Source: Heptranchias perlo (lineage: Eukaryota). Taken from it: 64,000 nucleotides of DNA. The notes below the pieces were generated by a model, which saw only the letters and a program-made list of their open reading frames with translations, had not been told where the DNA came from and searched no databases. The DNA is taken from the NCBI RefSeq assembly GCF_035084215.1, contig NC_090350.1:35836001-35900000 (forward strand), read 5' to 3'. Each line of letters begins with the position of its first letter. Within the stretch, counting starts at the first letter, position 1. This document shows, one piece after another, positions 36,206-48,061 of this stretch. The translations under genes and the position numbers were made by a program.

Positions 36206-37751
36206 GAACCTTGCTTAGCTGAGTATCATGGATGTTGATCAATGGTGTACTTCAGGCTGATGTATGGGTGGCAGTAATCAGCCCAGTAAATGTGCAAGCC
36301 TATTGAATTTTGTTGCCTCTTGAATACCACCTTCATTTTCCTTTTGGCACCACAGATCAGGTGTGGTAGATATGAGACAGGACTTAAACTCTCTCTCAAA
36401 CTCCTCAAGTGCTTAAGGGGTTTACCTTAAGTTACCTCCCTGACATCATTTGGTCTGAAGTTGGGTCCCAGGACGTGCACACATCATGTTCGTGATGTCA
36501 TCATGCATGTTGCTTACACATGTCCTTACACAACATGTGTATTACATCATTAAAGCAACACAGACACATTTTGGGATTCACTAAGAATGGCGAGAATTCA
36601 TCTTTTTGCAGATCAGAATTGGTTTTAAAATATCTGTATTTAGCTGTTTCCCCATAACTGAAAAAAAATCTGTGACTTTATTGGTGGGAATTAGCAAAAA
36701 TTGATTTTGAAGCTCTCTATTCATAGACCAGAGCTGTTCCACCCACCACATTTTCAGTTCAGCCAATATACAAAGAAACTATCAATGTTGACCAATGGCT
36801 TTTTAATCAGATGTGTAATATTTATTAAACAGAAGAGTTCACTTTGTTTTCATGTTATTATTCTGTACATAATTTTTTAAAAAACTTACGGTGAAGAGAA
36901 TTCCAGGGAGCATCGACTGTAATGCGATTGGTAATTCAGGCACTTGACAATCTCTCCAGAATAATCAGAGGGGCTTTAATCAAACAAAACCCAATTGCTC
37001 TGCATCCTACTTGTAGCTGGAACACTAGAGCCATACTTGGGAGGTTTGTGTTTGAACCTGATCTCAAATGTTGCTTACACTTCAGCTGTCAGTAAGAGGA
37101 TAAGTTTAACACTTTTGACCAGGTCTTTTGGCAACTTGACAACCTCTTTTGCTGAAATCCTTTTAAGGTAATATCCATTTTGCCCCTCCTTGTTTCACAC
37201 CCTTGCTTTACCACGAACTAGCTTCCCTATTCCCTTGAATAGCATGACTTAGCCTCTGTGTGGTGAGTTTGTCATCAATCGTGGTAAGATTGCATACACG
37301 AATTGGCAATGTATAACTTTGACAAGTGAATATTTCCAACGCATGCTCTACCAATCATTATTAAGTTCCTTACGTCCAACTAAGCAAATTCATTCTGAAA
37401 CTGGAACCATTATAGAGATTTGAAGATTTCAGTCATGCCATAAAGTTGGTTGTCTTCGGAGGAGTGCCAAGGAAGTTAATTTTCAACACTGACTGGCTGA
37501 GACAGATGCCGCTTAGTTGCATTTTTCAATTTTACTTTCTTCTCAATAACCTTTAGTTACACGATCATACATGAACAAAAGTCAAAGGATTAAATAGATT
37601 ATTCTGTTTTAGCTTTGATGGGGACCAAAGCTAGAGTAGCCGTACTGAAAAACGTGGATTTTGAAGTACTATTATTGTCACTCTCAAATTGTACATTAAA
37701 CAATGCCTGTCATCCTTATACTCTGGCACGTGTCTATAGATCTGGGATATC

Positions 37752-38117
37752 CTAGAATTGAAGAAATAGGATGGAAAGCAGCAGTGATGAAATAAGAGGC
37801 ACTTGAGCAATAAGAATGGAAGAAGAGCTCTCTCTTTGTACACACTCACCATATTTAACAAAATCAACTTCTTTGATTGCACAAATCTGATCAATTCTGC
37901 AGTTCCTGTCACATTCAGTTAAATCATAGTTTATGGAATTATATTTATAATATTTCTGTAGGTAGTAGTTGTCATTGTATAACTTATCCAGTGTCATTTG
38001 CATAGATCGAACCGTACCATCTGGAACTTTGAATGCCTCTGTTAAACGGTACTCCAATTGCCACCGTGGAGCCACTGTGTTGGCATGGCTTAAATTGAAG
38101 TAGTACGTCACCATATC
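37752..38117 (-). CDS. SMPDL3B: SMPDL3B exon 8 (terminal) with GPI-anchor signal
   Basis: ctttag|GAT ATG...TAG; DMVTYYFNLSHAN...WQLEYRLTEAF...CDRNCRIDQICAI...CVQRESSSSILIAQVPLISSLLLSILFLQF*; the hydrophobic tail distinguishes 3B from secreted 3A. Confidence 0.95.
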   Translation of the reverse strand, partial: DMVTYYFNLSHANTVAPRWQLEYRLTEAFKVPDGTVRSMQMTLDKLYNDNYYLQKYYKYNSINYDLTECDRNCRIDQICAIKEVDFVKYGECVQRESSSSILIAQVPLISSLLLSILFLQF

Positions 38118-39029
38118 CTAAAGGAAAGTCAGAGATTATTATGGTAGTGGTGGATCTAAGTGTTAAGTAACACACCATAAAATCAAATCGCAGTGAGTGC
38201 TTAAATATGCAAATAAATAATTAAAATGTTAACTATATATTTTGTTCCAATGAGCTGTTCCATTAAAAAAATAAATACAATAGCAAACAGAGGAGCTCAC
38301 TCTATCAAATGTAGTGTATCATGACAGGGTCTCAGAAACAAAAGTGCAATTTATTCGTTGTCTTGGAAGACGTGCTTCCCCAGATTCTTTTATGACAAAG
38401 ATTAGATATTAAAATGTGCATTTCCCGCATTTAGTTTGAGAAATCCAAACTACTTCCCTCTCAGTATGGCTAGAAAATTGTAGACGACCATAGTAACACA
38501 TGGAATGGAGGAATCATTCATTTCATTAAAGAAAGGGGTTTATTTCTTGTTTGGAATGAAAATACCTCCCCTTGGAAGAGGAAATTGAATCTTAAATAAT
38601 TACAGTTCAGTGTGACACAAACATAAAACTATTAAAAACTAAGTGAAGACTAAATACAGATTTGAGGTACATCCAGTTTTAACAGGAAGTGGAGTCTAGT
38701 CAATGAAATGGTGTTGAATGATGACTCATTCCCAGCAATACCAAGTCCTACATAGAGCCTAAAGCAGACTCACTCTGCATCATTATTGCTAACCATTCAT
38801 TTCGGTCTGAACAAGTTAGGAGTCCTGGAGGCTTGATGCATCTTGAGACAACAATGCTGCACTGTGAGTTGGTCAAATGAAACTCACTGCACATCGGCAG
38901 AGTTGGATCAGGTTTTCCCCAAAGTGTTAATGGACAAGGTTGAGTAAATATCTGTGCAAGTATTGCCCAACATTTGAATCCCTATTTTATAAAGCAAGCA
39001 TTCCCTCCTCTCCCCTCCCACCCCCCAAG

Positions 39030-39345
39030 TTTTCCCCTCTCTCCTGAAGGCATTGGTTTCAGGCTTGCTGAGATATGGTTCCACAGGTACTGACAGCTGT
39101 CCAATACTTTGCTCAAGTGGCCATTCTTCACATGAGTATAGACATCACATGTGCAGTATCCAACAATCACTTGACCAGTTGGGAGCAGAGACCCTTAATT
39201 GATTTTTTTCCACCCTCCCTAGCCGAGGATACTGTGGTCAATTGTTACATTCCACTTCAGCTGACATCGCATAGACAAGGAATCAAATCTTGGACCTACT
39301 GGTCTGAATGAGTTAGTGCTGTACTGTGTGGCACTTTTACCCGTT
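39030..39345 (-). mobile_element. tRNA-derived SINE (AmnSINE2/MamSINE1-like)
   Basis: ctcctgaaggc...gttccacagg...caagtggccattcttcacatgag...ggaatcaaatcttggacct motifs shared with other copies. Confidence 0.5.
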
Positions 39346-39411
39346 AGGGCATCAGAAGAAGACATGAAGCAAGCATCTTAAGTGTATCTACAAAATTATG
39401 AAGTGCTGGCA

Positions 39412-40386
39412 TGTTTTTCTTCTTTGGCAGTCCCTCAGGGTCGAGGATGACTTGCTTTCACTCCGAGAGGGTGGCTGAATAGTCCAAACCTGGAGCCTCA
39501 GACTCTGCCACAAATGGGGCAGGTAGTGTTTAATAAGGCGGGTGGGTGAGACTCTCTGGATTCTGCGCGCTCTTTCCGCTGCTTACGCTTGGCCTCCACG
39601 TGCTCCACATGGTGACGCTCGAGGTGATTGACGCCTTCGCGGATGCTTCTTCTCCAGTTTGGGTGTTCTAGGGCAAGCGATTCCCATGTGTCGGTGGGGA
39701 TGTTGCATTTTTTTAGGGAGGCTTTGAGAGTGTCCTTATAGCGTTTCCTCTGCCCTCCTAGTGATCGCCTGCCATTGCGGAAATCGGAGTAGAGCACTTG
39801 TTTAGGGAATCTTGTGTTGGGCATACGGACAATGTGGCCCGCCCATCACAGCTGGTTGAGCGTGACCAGTGCCTCGATACTGGGGATGTTAGCCTGGGAG
39901 AGAATGCTCATGTTGGTACGCCTATCCTGCCAGTGGATTTGCAGGATTTTGTGGACGCAACGTTGTTGATATCTCTCCAGGGATTTGAGGTGTCTGCTGT
40001 ACATTGTCCATGTTTCTGATGCGTACAGGAGGGCGAGGACCACGACTGCTCTGTAGACCATGAGCTTGGTGCTGGATTTGAGGTCTCGGTCTTCGAACAC
40101 TCTGTTCCTCAGGTGTCCGAAAGCTACACTGGCGCATTGGAGTCGATGTTGAATTCCATCGTCGATGTCTGCTCGTGCCGAGAGGAGGCTCCCGAGGTAT
40201 GGGAAGTGATCCACGCTGTCCAGAGGCTCACCGTGGATCTTGATAGTCGGGGGACAGTGTTGTGTGGCAGGAGCAGGCTGGTAGAGGACCTTTGTTTTCC
40301 AGATGTTTAGCCTGAGGCCCATTCTCTCATACGCCTCGGTGAATGCGTCGACGATGGTTTGTAGCTCGGCCTCTGAGTGTGCGCAT
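39412..40386 (-). mobile_element. RTE-clade LINE, 5'-truncated, in SMPDL3B intron 7
   Basis: ORFs GLRLNIWKTKVL...FPYLGS...STKLMVYRAVV...LLYASETWT and MPNTRFPKQVLYS...GGQRKRYKDTLK...CPICGR; tail caagtcatcctcgaccctgagggactgccaaagaag. Confidence 0.92.
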
Positions 40387-40437
40387 ATTTATGAGTGAGC
40401 TAGCATATTTACTGTAGCGGGCATGGATCCCTCTTAC

Positions 40438-40571
40438 CTGGACTTCCAATGTATTCGTATCATACTCAAATATCCGAATCCCTGGGTTGTTAGCTCCGTT
40501 CTCCACACCAGGTAGTGTTGTTTTCCATGGAGTAACGCCAGGTGCAATAAACATAACTCCTATGGGAGAAC
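40438..40571 (-). CDS. SMPDL3B: SMPDL3B exon 7
   Basis: taccag|GT TCT...CAG|gtaaga; encodes SPIGVMFIAPGVTPWKTTLPGVENGANNPGIRIFEYDTNTLEVQ. Confidence 0.96.
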
Positions 40572-40714
40572 CTGGTAGGAAGTTAAAAGATGTCTTATTA
40601 CAATATTGCATTCTTTCCACCTGCTGTGAAACACTCATAGCCCACAGTCACAAGATTCAATGTCTTTGTTATTCAAAAATAAAGCTACTCTACTGCTCTT
40701 TTTGCTGGTCTTGT

Positions 40715-41188
40715 AATGCAGCTGCTTGTATTCTGTCCCTCACTAAGTCCTACTCACCCATCACCCCTGTCCCTGATGTCCTTCACTGGTTCCCTGTCCA
40801 CCAATGCACCCAATTCAAAATCCTTGTCCTCATCTTCAAGCTTGTCCACAGCCTCATTCCTCCCTATTTCTGCAACCTCCTCTACAGTCTTACATTCCCC
40901 ATGCACCCTTTGGTCCTCTAGCTGTGGTCCCCTGTGCAACCTCCCCCCCCTAACTTTGCTTTGCCCGACCATTGGTGGCAAAATCTTCAGTCACCTCAGC
41001 CCCACTCTCTGGAACTCCCTCCCTAAACCCCTCTGCCTTTCTAATTTTACTTCTCTGTCCTCTTAAAAACCTTCTCAAAACCCATCTTTTCAACCTGTCC
41101 TAGCATTTGTCCATTCTTCTTGTTATTTCTCTGTAAAGCGCTGTGGGACGTTTGAAAAATTAACAGCAATGTTTAAATGCAAGTTGTT
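40715..41188 (+). mobile_element. L2-clade LINE 3' fragment, degenerate
   Basis: NAAACILS..SPITPV..LHWFPV..FKIL; tail gtaaagcgctgtgggacg...aaatgcaagttgtt. Confidence 0.8.
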
Positions 41189-41882
41189 CAGGCTGATTCC
41201 AGCACACACACGTAAATATGCATGTGGCGTTTACAGTAAATGACAACTAACTTATATTTGGAAATAAAAACAAGTTGTCGAGAAGGTCAAAGGCGTATCA
41301 ACCCCTGTCTGGACAAAATTCCCCGACCTCTGCTAAAAATGAAGATCTCAAGAATGTGATAATTAGAGGGAGTGAAAATATATGTCATTATGTAACCAGC
41401 AATTTGGCGAAAGCACCAAAGCTGCATCTGGAAATCCTATGCAAAGTGAGTTAGGTATAAATATACGGTAATGGAGAGTTTTTAATTGCATCTTTTGCTT
41501 CAGAGCAAGAGTTGGATGTGCCCAGGCTAATCACTCTATACTTTATAGCTATTTTTGAAACTGAAGAAACCAGAATCATCTCTTTTGGATACTTGAAACT
41601 CTATGCTCAGAGAGTAGTAAATAAAAATAAGCCTGAAAACAGAATCAGGTTTTACTGTGGTGGTGGTGCTTGTGAGGTCAGGGCAAGGTCAGCATGGGAA
41701 ACCACGACCAGAGGTCATGACAAAAGCTCACTGCAAAAATAATGTTAAAATTGCCGTAACGGATAGTGCTCAGAATGGTTTCAGTATTTCATTCAGTGTT
41801 GTCAACACTTGCTGATTCATGGAGCCTCTTTCAGCTGTTTGTTATAATGCTCATGTGGCGTGTTTAAAAATGCATAAATTTT

Positions 41883-42147
41883 ATAGAATCGTTACAGCAT
41901 AGAAGGAGGCCATTCGGCCCATCAAGCCCCTGTCGGCTCTTTGTAAGAGCATTCCAGTTAGTCCCATTCCCCTGCTCTTTCTCTGCAGCCCTGCAAATTT
42001 TTTCCCTTCAAGTATTTATCCAATTCCTTTTTGAAAGCCACGATTGAATCTGCTTCCACCACCCTTTCAGGCAACACATTTCAGATCATAACTACTCGCT
42101 GCGTAAAAATGTTTCTCCTCATGTCGCCTTTGGTTCTTTTGCCAGTT
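41883..42147 (-). mobile_element. CR1 LINE 3' end
   Basis: atagaatc...gaaggaggccattcggccc...gaatctgcttccaccaccctttcaggc is the reverse complement of 55560-55820. Confidence 0.88.
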
Positions 42148-42556
42148 TGTTTAAATTTCCCATGTGAACCATAAACATTAAAGAAAAATCTTCTGCAAAT
42201 GACAGGGTTCATAGCTCACTGGTCATGCCCCAAGCCCCTTCCTTAAGTGGAATTACGGGATTACCCAGAAGTGGAACTAGAGGGGAGGATCCAAACGGAG
42301 GTTTATAAAGTTTACAGAGCATTTCGAGCAGCTAAGCAAAGTTCGCTCAAGAAGCAATTTGCCGTGCTTCCTGGGAAGTTGGGTTTGATGGTTGACAAAA
42401 AGTGAATGGGTCGAGTGCAAGGATTGCAATCGTTTGTGTCAGTCACATGGTAAAGCATCATCTGAGGTTTTCACTTCGCTTTCCACTACAGTGTTGTGTC
42501 CACTTACTTGATAAAGGCCATTTGGGAAAAAGGAGGAACCTAGAGCATTTCACTAC

Positions 42557-42737
42557 CTGAATGGTTGTAGAACATCCTGAAGCTGTCGGTATGGTGGTGT
42601 CCAAAGAACTGACCGGCTATTACACTGTGATACTTTTGTACAATTTCATTATATCTTTTGTTGAAGTGGTGTCGAAACCAAATTATTCCTCTCCTCTTTT
42701 CAAAAAAGCCTGGCGGCACATGTCCAATAATATAAAC
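42557..42737 (-). CDS. SMPDL3B: SMPDL3B exon 6 (not in the ORF track)
   Basis: tcatag|GTT...TCA G|gtagtg; encodes VYIIGHVPPGFFEKRRGIIWFRHHFNKRYNEIVQKYHSVIAGQFFGHHHTDSFRMFYNHS, with metal-binding GH and GHHH motifs. Confidence 0.96.
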
Positions 42738-43306
42738 CTATGAATGCAGAGAATATACAGATAATATACGGCTGGCCTCTTACACATCTCAATACAATTA
42801 TTATTTCATATTACATTGTTTAACAAATTAAGTTGGTTCCTGTTGATAGTATAAACCATCCTTGCTGGTCTTTGTTGAGTTTGCTGGTCTCAGCAGTGGC
42901 AATGCTGGGGCTATGATAGTCAGCCTCTGTATCCCTAAGCTGGAGAAGGGGGGAAATGTCAGTGTTTCTTCTCCTGATTGCTATCTAATAACCCTCTCCC
43001 GCGGGAAGTGTGAATGTGTGTGTGGAGGGATGCCCCCACTGTCGAACTTGCTAACATTCATCGTCCAGGACTGAACAGAAAAGAAAGGCCCTGACTTATG
43101 CCCTCTTGTCCTGCCATGTTGGCGTATCTGAAAACATTGTTCCAGGTTGACTTTCTTCATCCTGTCAAGTAGCTAATATTCCCCATAAGGTTCCCTCTGA
43201 GACTCCCTGCATGGTGGCAGAAGTACCATCAAAGACCGTATAAATTTGATTTTACCCCATCCACGTTTTTTTAATAGGGAAAGAGACCTAAATATAGATG
43301 TATATT

Positions 43307-44081
43307 AGGCCAGAATTTGCTGTCAGAATAATGGTGAGGCTAATGGTGCTCGCCGTTAGTTATGCACAAACACAACAGCAGCTTCAGGCGAGGGGCAGAT
43401 GTGCGGCTAAACTTTGCTGTCCGAGATGTGCTGCTCCGCTGTTAGCTTCGCGAAAACGGCATCTCACAGTCTGACTCACAATTGAACCGCATTGAACGAC
43501 GTGACGTTACTGTATTTGTGCGGTGGATATGAACTAAACTCACCACAGAAAGTTAAGCCAAGTCATTTCAGTCTAAGTACTGAATAAGTGTTGAGTGAGA
43601 AGTGTTAATTACTGCCAGTCAACCTCGCTGGCACTGAAAATTAAATATTACAAGAGTGGAGTCTCATTCCTTCAGCTTTTAATTGTTGGAGATTTTAAAA
43701 ATGTAAAATTTTACAAATTTTTTTTTTCCTTTTCCTTTCTGTCTCTTTTTTTCTCTCTCTCTTAATTCAATCTTTCTTTCCCTCTCTTTATTTCTCTTTC
43801 TGTACCTGGTCTGACATTGAATTCACCCACTCTAATTTACATTTCCTTCTTAGTCCTTGCGCTGTTAATTTCACAATCCTTCAGTCTGATTGGTTAAGGA
43901 GATATCCAGTTGCTTGCCCTGTTCACTCAGGTCCCAGATGCCCTGTTTCCCTCACAGCACCGTTATCAGCTCGCACTTTCAGCAACTTGCCACACAAAAT
44001 ATTTAAAAACCTAACTATGTAAGGGCAAGTCTAACTAACGGCAGATGCTGTTAGATGCCCTGCCACAGCAAATTATGGCCC
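43307..44081. mobile_element. Non-autonomous PIF/Harbinger-type DNA transposon (MITE)
   Basis: 17-bp TIRs aggccagaatttgctgt / acagcaaattatggccc (2 mismatches) with a 3-bp ATT direct repeat on both flanks; no ORF. Confidence 0.8.
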
Positions 44082-44128
44082 ATTATTTTGTATATCTATT
44101 CAGAGATAAAGCATTAGTTACTACTTAC

Positions 44129-44298
44129 TTTTTCTTTTGCTGTCACTGCATTTGAAAGAACCTCTTCAAACCATTTAAACTGGCCAGCAGGGTCACTAAT
44201 CCCAACATTAAGCTTATTGTTGATGTAGTACAGGTTTGTGTTTAAAACAATGATACGCTGGCCAGTCCGACCCAGCAGCCTCTCAGTGTAGAAAGCTC
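44129..44298 (-). CDS. SMPDL3B: SMPDL3B exon 5
   Basis: ctttag|GA GCT...AAA|gtaagt; encodes AFYTERLLGRTGQRIIVLNTNLYY...DPAGQFKWFEEVLSNAVTAKEK. Confidence 0.96.
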
Positions 44299-44847
44299 CT
44301 AAAGACAATCACAAGGTCCAATTAGAACTTTGGTATTTCTCCCCCGTTGACTGTTTTGCAATTTCAGTTTCGTCCTTTTTCCCAAATGGCTCTTATCTCA
44401 CTAAAGGAAGTCAATACTGACCAATCCATGCATCTGTCCATGATCAAAGCCAATGCAGCTCTGTGGGTATATGGGAAGTACCATGCCTGCTGTAGGCCTA
44501 GATAGTCAAAGACATTTATTCCCTCTGCAAGGTGGAATGCACCTTTTTTTTGAGCCTCTCGGCCTATCAGCCTACCTGTGGCTGGTGGATTCCAATGGAC
44601 CCAGAGACTACCAACACTGTGAGGCAAATATTCTAATTGCAATGTCTTTGGGGCTTTTTGTTCATTAACATTCTTCCCCTTTAGGAGGAAACAAAGAAAA
44701 TATATAGCAAAGCACCATAAAATAATGATCCCCACTGACTCCAATGTTAACTTGCTCCACATCACCTCCAGTACAACCTGCTATAAACTGGATGTAAGTA
44801 GGACTTTACAGAAAGGTCCTGTAACTAGGATTATTAATTAGGCAACT

Positions 44848-45708
44848 ATCAAGTCTGCAAATGGATATAGACAGATTAAATGAGTGGGCGAGAAGGTGGA
44901 AGATGGAGTATAATGTGGGGAAATGTGAAGTTATTCACTTTGGGAGGAAGAATATAAAAATAGAATATTGTTTAAATGGTGAGAAACTATTAAATGTTAA
45001 TGTCCAGAGAGACTTTGGTGTGCTCGTACAAGAAACACAAAAAGTTAGTATGCAGGTACAGCAGGCAATTAGGAAAGCAAATGGCATGTTGGCCTTTATT
45101 GCAAGGGGGTTGGAGTACAAGAGTAAGGAAGTCTTACTAGAGTTGTACAGGGCTTTAGTGAGACCTCACCTGGAGTACTGCGTCCAGTTTTGGTCTCCTT
45201 ATCTAAGGAAGGATATACTGTCCTTAGAGGCGGTGCAGCGAAGGTTCACTAGATTAATCCCTGGGATGAGAGGGCTGTCCTGTGAAGAGAGTTTGAGTAG
45301 AGTGGGCCTAAACTCTCGTTCAGAAGAATGAGAGGTGATCTAATTGAAACACATTATAAGGGGGCTTTACAGGATAGATGCTGAGAAGTTGTTTCCCATG
45401 GATGGAGAGTCTAGAACTAAGGGGCATAGTCGCAGGATAAGGGGTTGGCCATTTAAGACTGATTGAGGAGGAATTTCTTAACTGAGGGTTGTGAATCTTT
45501 GGAATTCTCTACCCCAGAGGGCTGTGGATGCTGAGTCATTGAATATATTAAAGATAGATTTTGGACTCTAGGGGAATCAAGGAATATGGAGAATCAGGCG
45601 GGAAAGTTGAGGTCGAAGATCAGCCATGATCTTATTGAATGGTGGAGCAGGCTCGAGGGGCCATATGGCCTATTCCTGCTCCTATTTCTTATGTTCTCAT
45701 GTTCTTAT
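44848..45708 (+). mobile_element. CR1-clade LINE 3' fragment
   Basis: ORF 44861-45331 (DIDRLNEWARRWKMEYNVGKCEVIHFG...LVRPHLEYCVQFWSP); (ttcttatg)n tail. Confidence 0.93.
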
Positions 45709-46224
45709 CTGGAGAAATAAATACTGGCGCTTGGCTAGAGAGTCAGTACTTACATTCCTGGTGCTTTTACCTCTATTATAGTCACTCGTAATTATCCCAA
45801 AGCCATTTCTACCATAAGAACAGGACTAAGCCATACAATCCTTCGAGTCTGTTCCACCATTCTGTTAGATGGTGGCTGATCTGTACTTCAACTCCATTTA
45901 CCTGCCTTTTCTCCATATCCCTTGATACCCTTACTTAACACAAATCTATCAATCTTATTTTTGAAAATTTACCGTCCCAGACAAACATAACTGGGGTGAA
46001 AAATCATCAAAATAATCACCAGCAATTCTGGAGGAACAACTGACACAAATGGCATTAATTTGAAAACCCATCATTGAAAACTGTCATTGCAGTCTGAATT
46101 CAATTTTTCCTTGCCTGTGCTAAGATGATGTTGTGCTTCCTCTTGGAAAGTTAGAGGGAAGTGGAAGAGAAGTGTCCTCAAGGAGATTCCACACTCCCCT
46201 GATGACCCAATGTGGTACTGAGCC

Positions 46225-46840
46225 TTACATCCCAGGAAATCGCAATGTTTGATCCAGCGTCTGTAGTGATGATGTTGGTGCTAAAATTGGCCTCAATGTC
46301 CCCGAGAAAGGGAAGGGAGAAATCAAAAAGGAAAGAAAAAAGAACTTGAATTTAGATAGGCCATTTCCCACCTCAGGATGTCCCAAAGTGCTTCACAGCC
46401 AATCACTATTACTAGTAATCACTATTCTAATGTAGGGAAACGCAGCAGCCAATTTATGCACAGCAAGGTCCCACAAACAGCAACGAGATAGGTGAGCAGT
46501 TTTAGTTGTGTTGGTTGAGGGATAAATGTGGCCAGGACACTGGGAGAACTCCCCTGCACTTCATCGAAATAGCCTCATGGAATCTTTTACATCACCTGAG
46601 AGGGCAGATGGGACATCGGTTTAATGACCGGCAGGAGTTCCCACTCCTGTTATTATCTGATGATGCCTGCAGGAAAATATGTACTTGCGGACTTCAGGTG
46701 AGGACAGGACTGGGCTCAGCTCTGCAGCCACACTGGGAAAATAGCCTGCTAAAACTCACTGTCTAGATGCACACATGAAGATTTGTCATTTAGACAAGGT
46801 ACCGTAAGGCTGCAGGAGCAGGAATGAAGAAAACTGGGGG
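46225..46840 (+). mobile_element. tRNA-derived SINE (AmnSINE2/MamSINE1-like) split by an antisense DeuSINE
   Basis: 5' half (aattggcctcaatgtcccc...gggagaaatc) ends near 46325; 3' half (ggcaggagttcccactcctg...gtgaggacaggactgggctc) resumes near 46628. Confidence 0.55.
46326..46625 (-). mobile_element. DeuSINE-family element
   Basis: Reverse complement of the Deu-domain and tail seen at 47245-47705. Confidence 0.8.
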
Positions 46841-46935
46841 AGAAGGACTCAATGGGCTGGAAGGAGAAGATCTACAACTTGTATTTGGATTGTGTATCAG
46901 TAAACAGAGGAGTGCTTGTCTTTCTTTTGCCATAC

Positions 46936-47079
46936 CTTTGTTAAACGTAGGGATAGATTGAGGGTCCATCCAAGATTTCCATAGTTGTGCAGTTTTGATG
47001 TAAATCCTGTGATAGTTGTCAGGAAACTGATTCTTCGGATGAAAGTCATGATTTCCCATCGCCGAGTAGACCTTAGTAC
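46936..47079 (-). CDS. SMPDL3B: SMPDL3B exon 4
   Basis: tcacag|GT ACT...AAA G|gtatgg; 144 nt; encodes TKVYSAMGNHDFHPKNQFP...LWKSW with the GNHD metallophosphoesterase motif. Confidence 0.96.
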
Positions 47080-47149
47080 CTGTGAAGATATGTTCAGTGT
47101 TTACAGATACAAATCTCTTTAGATTAAAAACAGCAGCATTGCTTATAAA

Positions 47150-47705
47150 CTCCAGAGACTTGAGCACAAAATCTAGGCTGACACCCCAGTGCAGTACTGG
47201 GGGAGTGCTGCACTGTTGGAGGTGCTGTCCTTCAGATTAGACGTTAAACCGAGGCCCCGTCTGCTCTCTCAGGTGGACGTAAAAGATCCCATGGCACTAT
47301 TTCGAAGAAGAGCGGGGGAGTTCTCCCTGGTGCCCTGGCCAATATTTATCCCTCAACCAACATCACTAAAACAGATTATTTGGTCATTATCACAGACTGT
47401 TTGTGGGATCTTGCTGTGCACAGATTATCTGGTCATTACCACAGACTGTTTGTGGGACCTTGCTGTGCACAGATTATCTGGTCATTATCACAGACTGTTT
47501 GTGGGATCTTGCTGTGCACAGATGATCTGGTCATTATCACAGACTGTTTGTGAGACCTTGCTGTGTGCAAATTGGCTGCCGCGTTTCCTACATTACAACA
47601 GTGACTACACTTCAAAAGTACTTCATTGGCTGTTAAGCACTTTGGGATGCCCCGAGTTCATGAAAGGCGCTTTATAAATGCAAATCTTTCTTTTTCTTTC
47701 TTTTT
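47150..47705 (+). mobile_element. DeuSINE-family element with an internal 4 x 49-bp tandem expansion
   Basis: gacgttaaaccgaggccccgtctgctctctcaggtggacgtaaaagatcccatggcac (Deu-domain-like); tail aaaggcgctttataaatgcaaatctttc. Confidence 0.85.
47371..47566 (+). repeat. Tandem repeat, 49-bp unit x4
   Basis: Unit acagattatctggtcattatcacagactgtttgtgggatcttgctgtgc starts at 47371, 47420, 47469 and 47518. Confidence 0.92.
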
Positions 47706-48061
47706 ATAAGCAGTAATTAACATCTTTGTAAAGCAGATTCATAGAAAATGTCAATCATACATTTTGACCAGTTCTGAGTGAAGTATGTCCTTTATATTTC
47801 CTGTATGTATATTATATAGTGCTGTTTAATTACCTATAAATCAAACAAAGCACTGGTTACCTAACCAGAGACATTATGAATAATGGATTTGTAAAGGGTC
47901 CATGTTATCCTGTGAATCATCTGAGGATGTTTATATAACCACTTGAACAATCTGAAAAACATCCAAGCTGCTTTAAAGCATAGGGACTTTCTCATGTCAC
48001 ATTGGACTTGATAAGGTGAATGGATACACAATTCAGTGACCTTGTAAAAAAGAAACAATAA

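Noticed and set aside
47371-47566. CRISPR-like array
   Set aside because: Units are head-to-tail with no unique spacers, derive from a SINE segment, and the context is eukaryotic with no cas genes.
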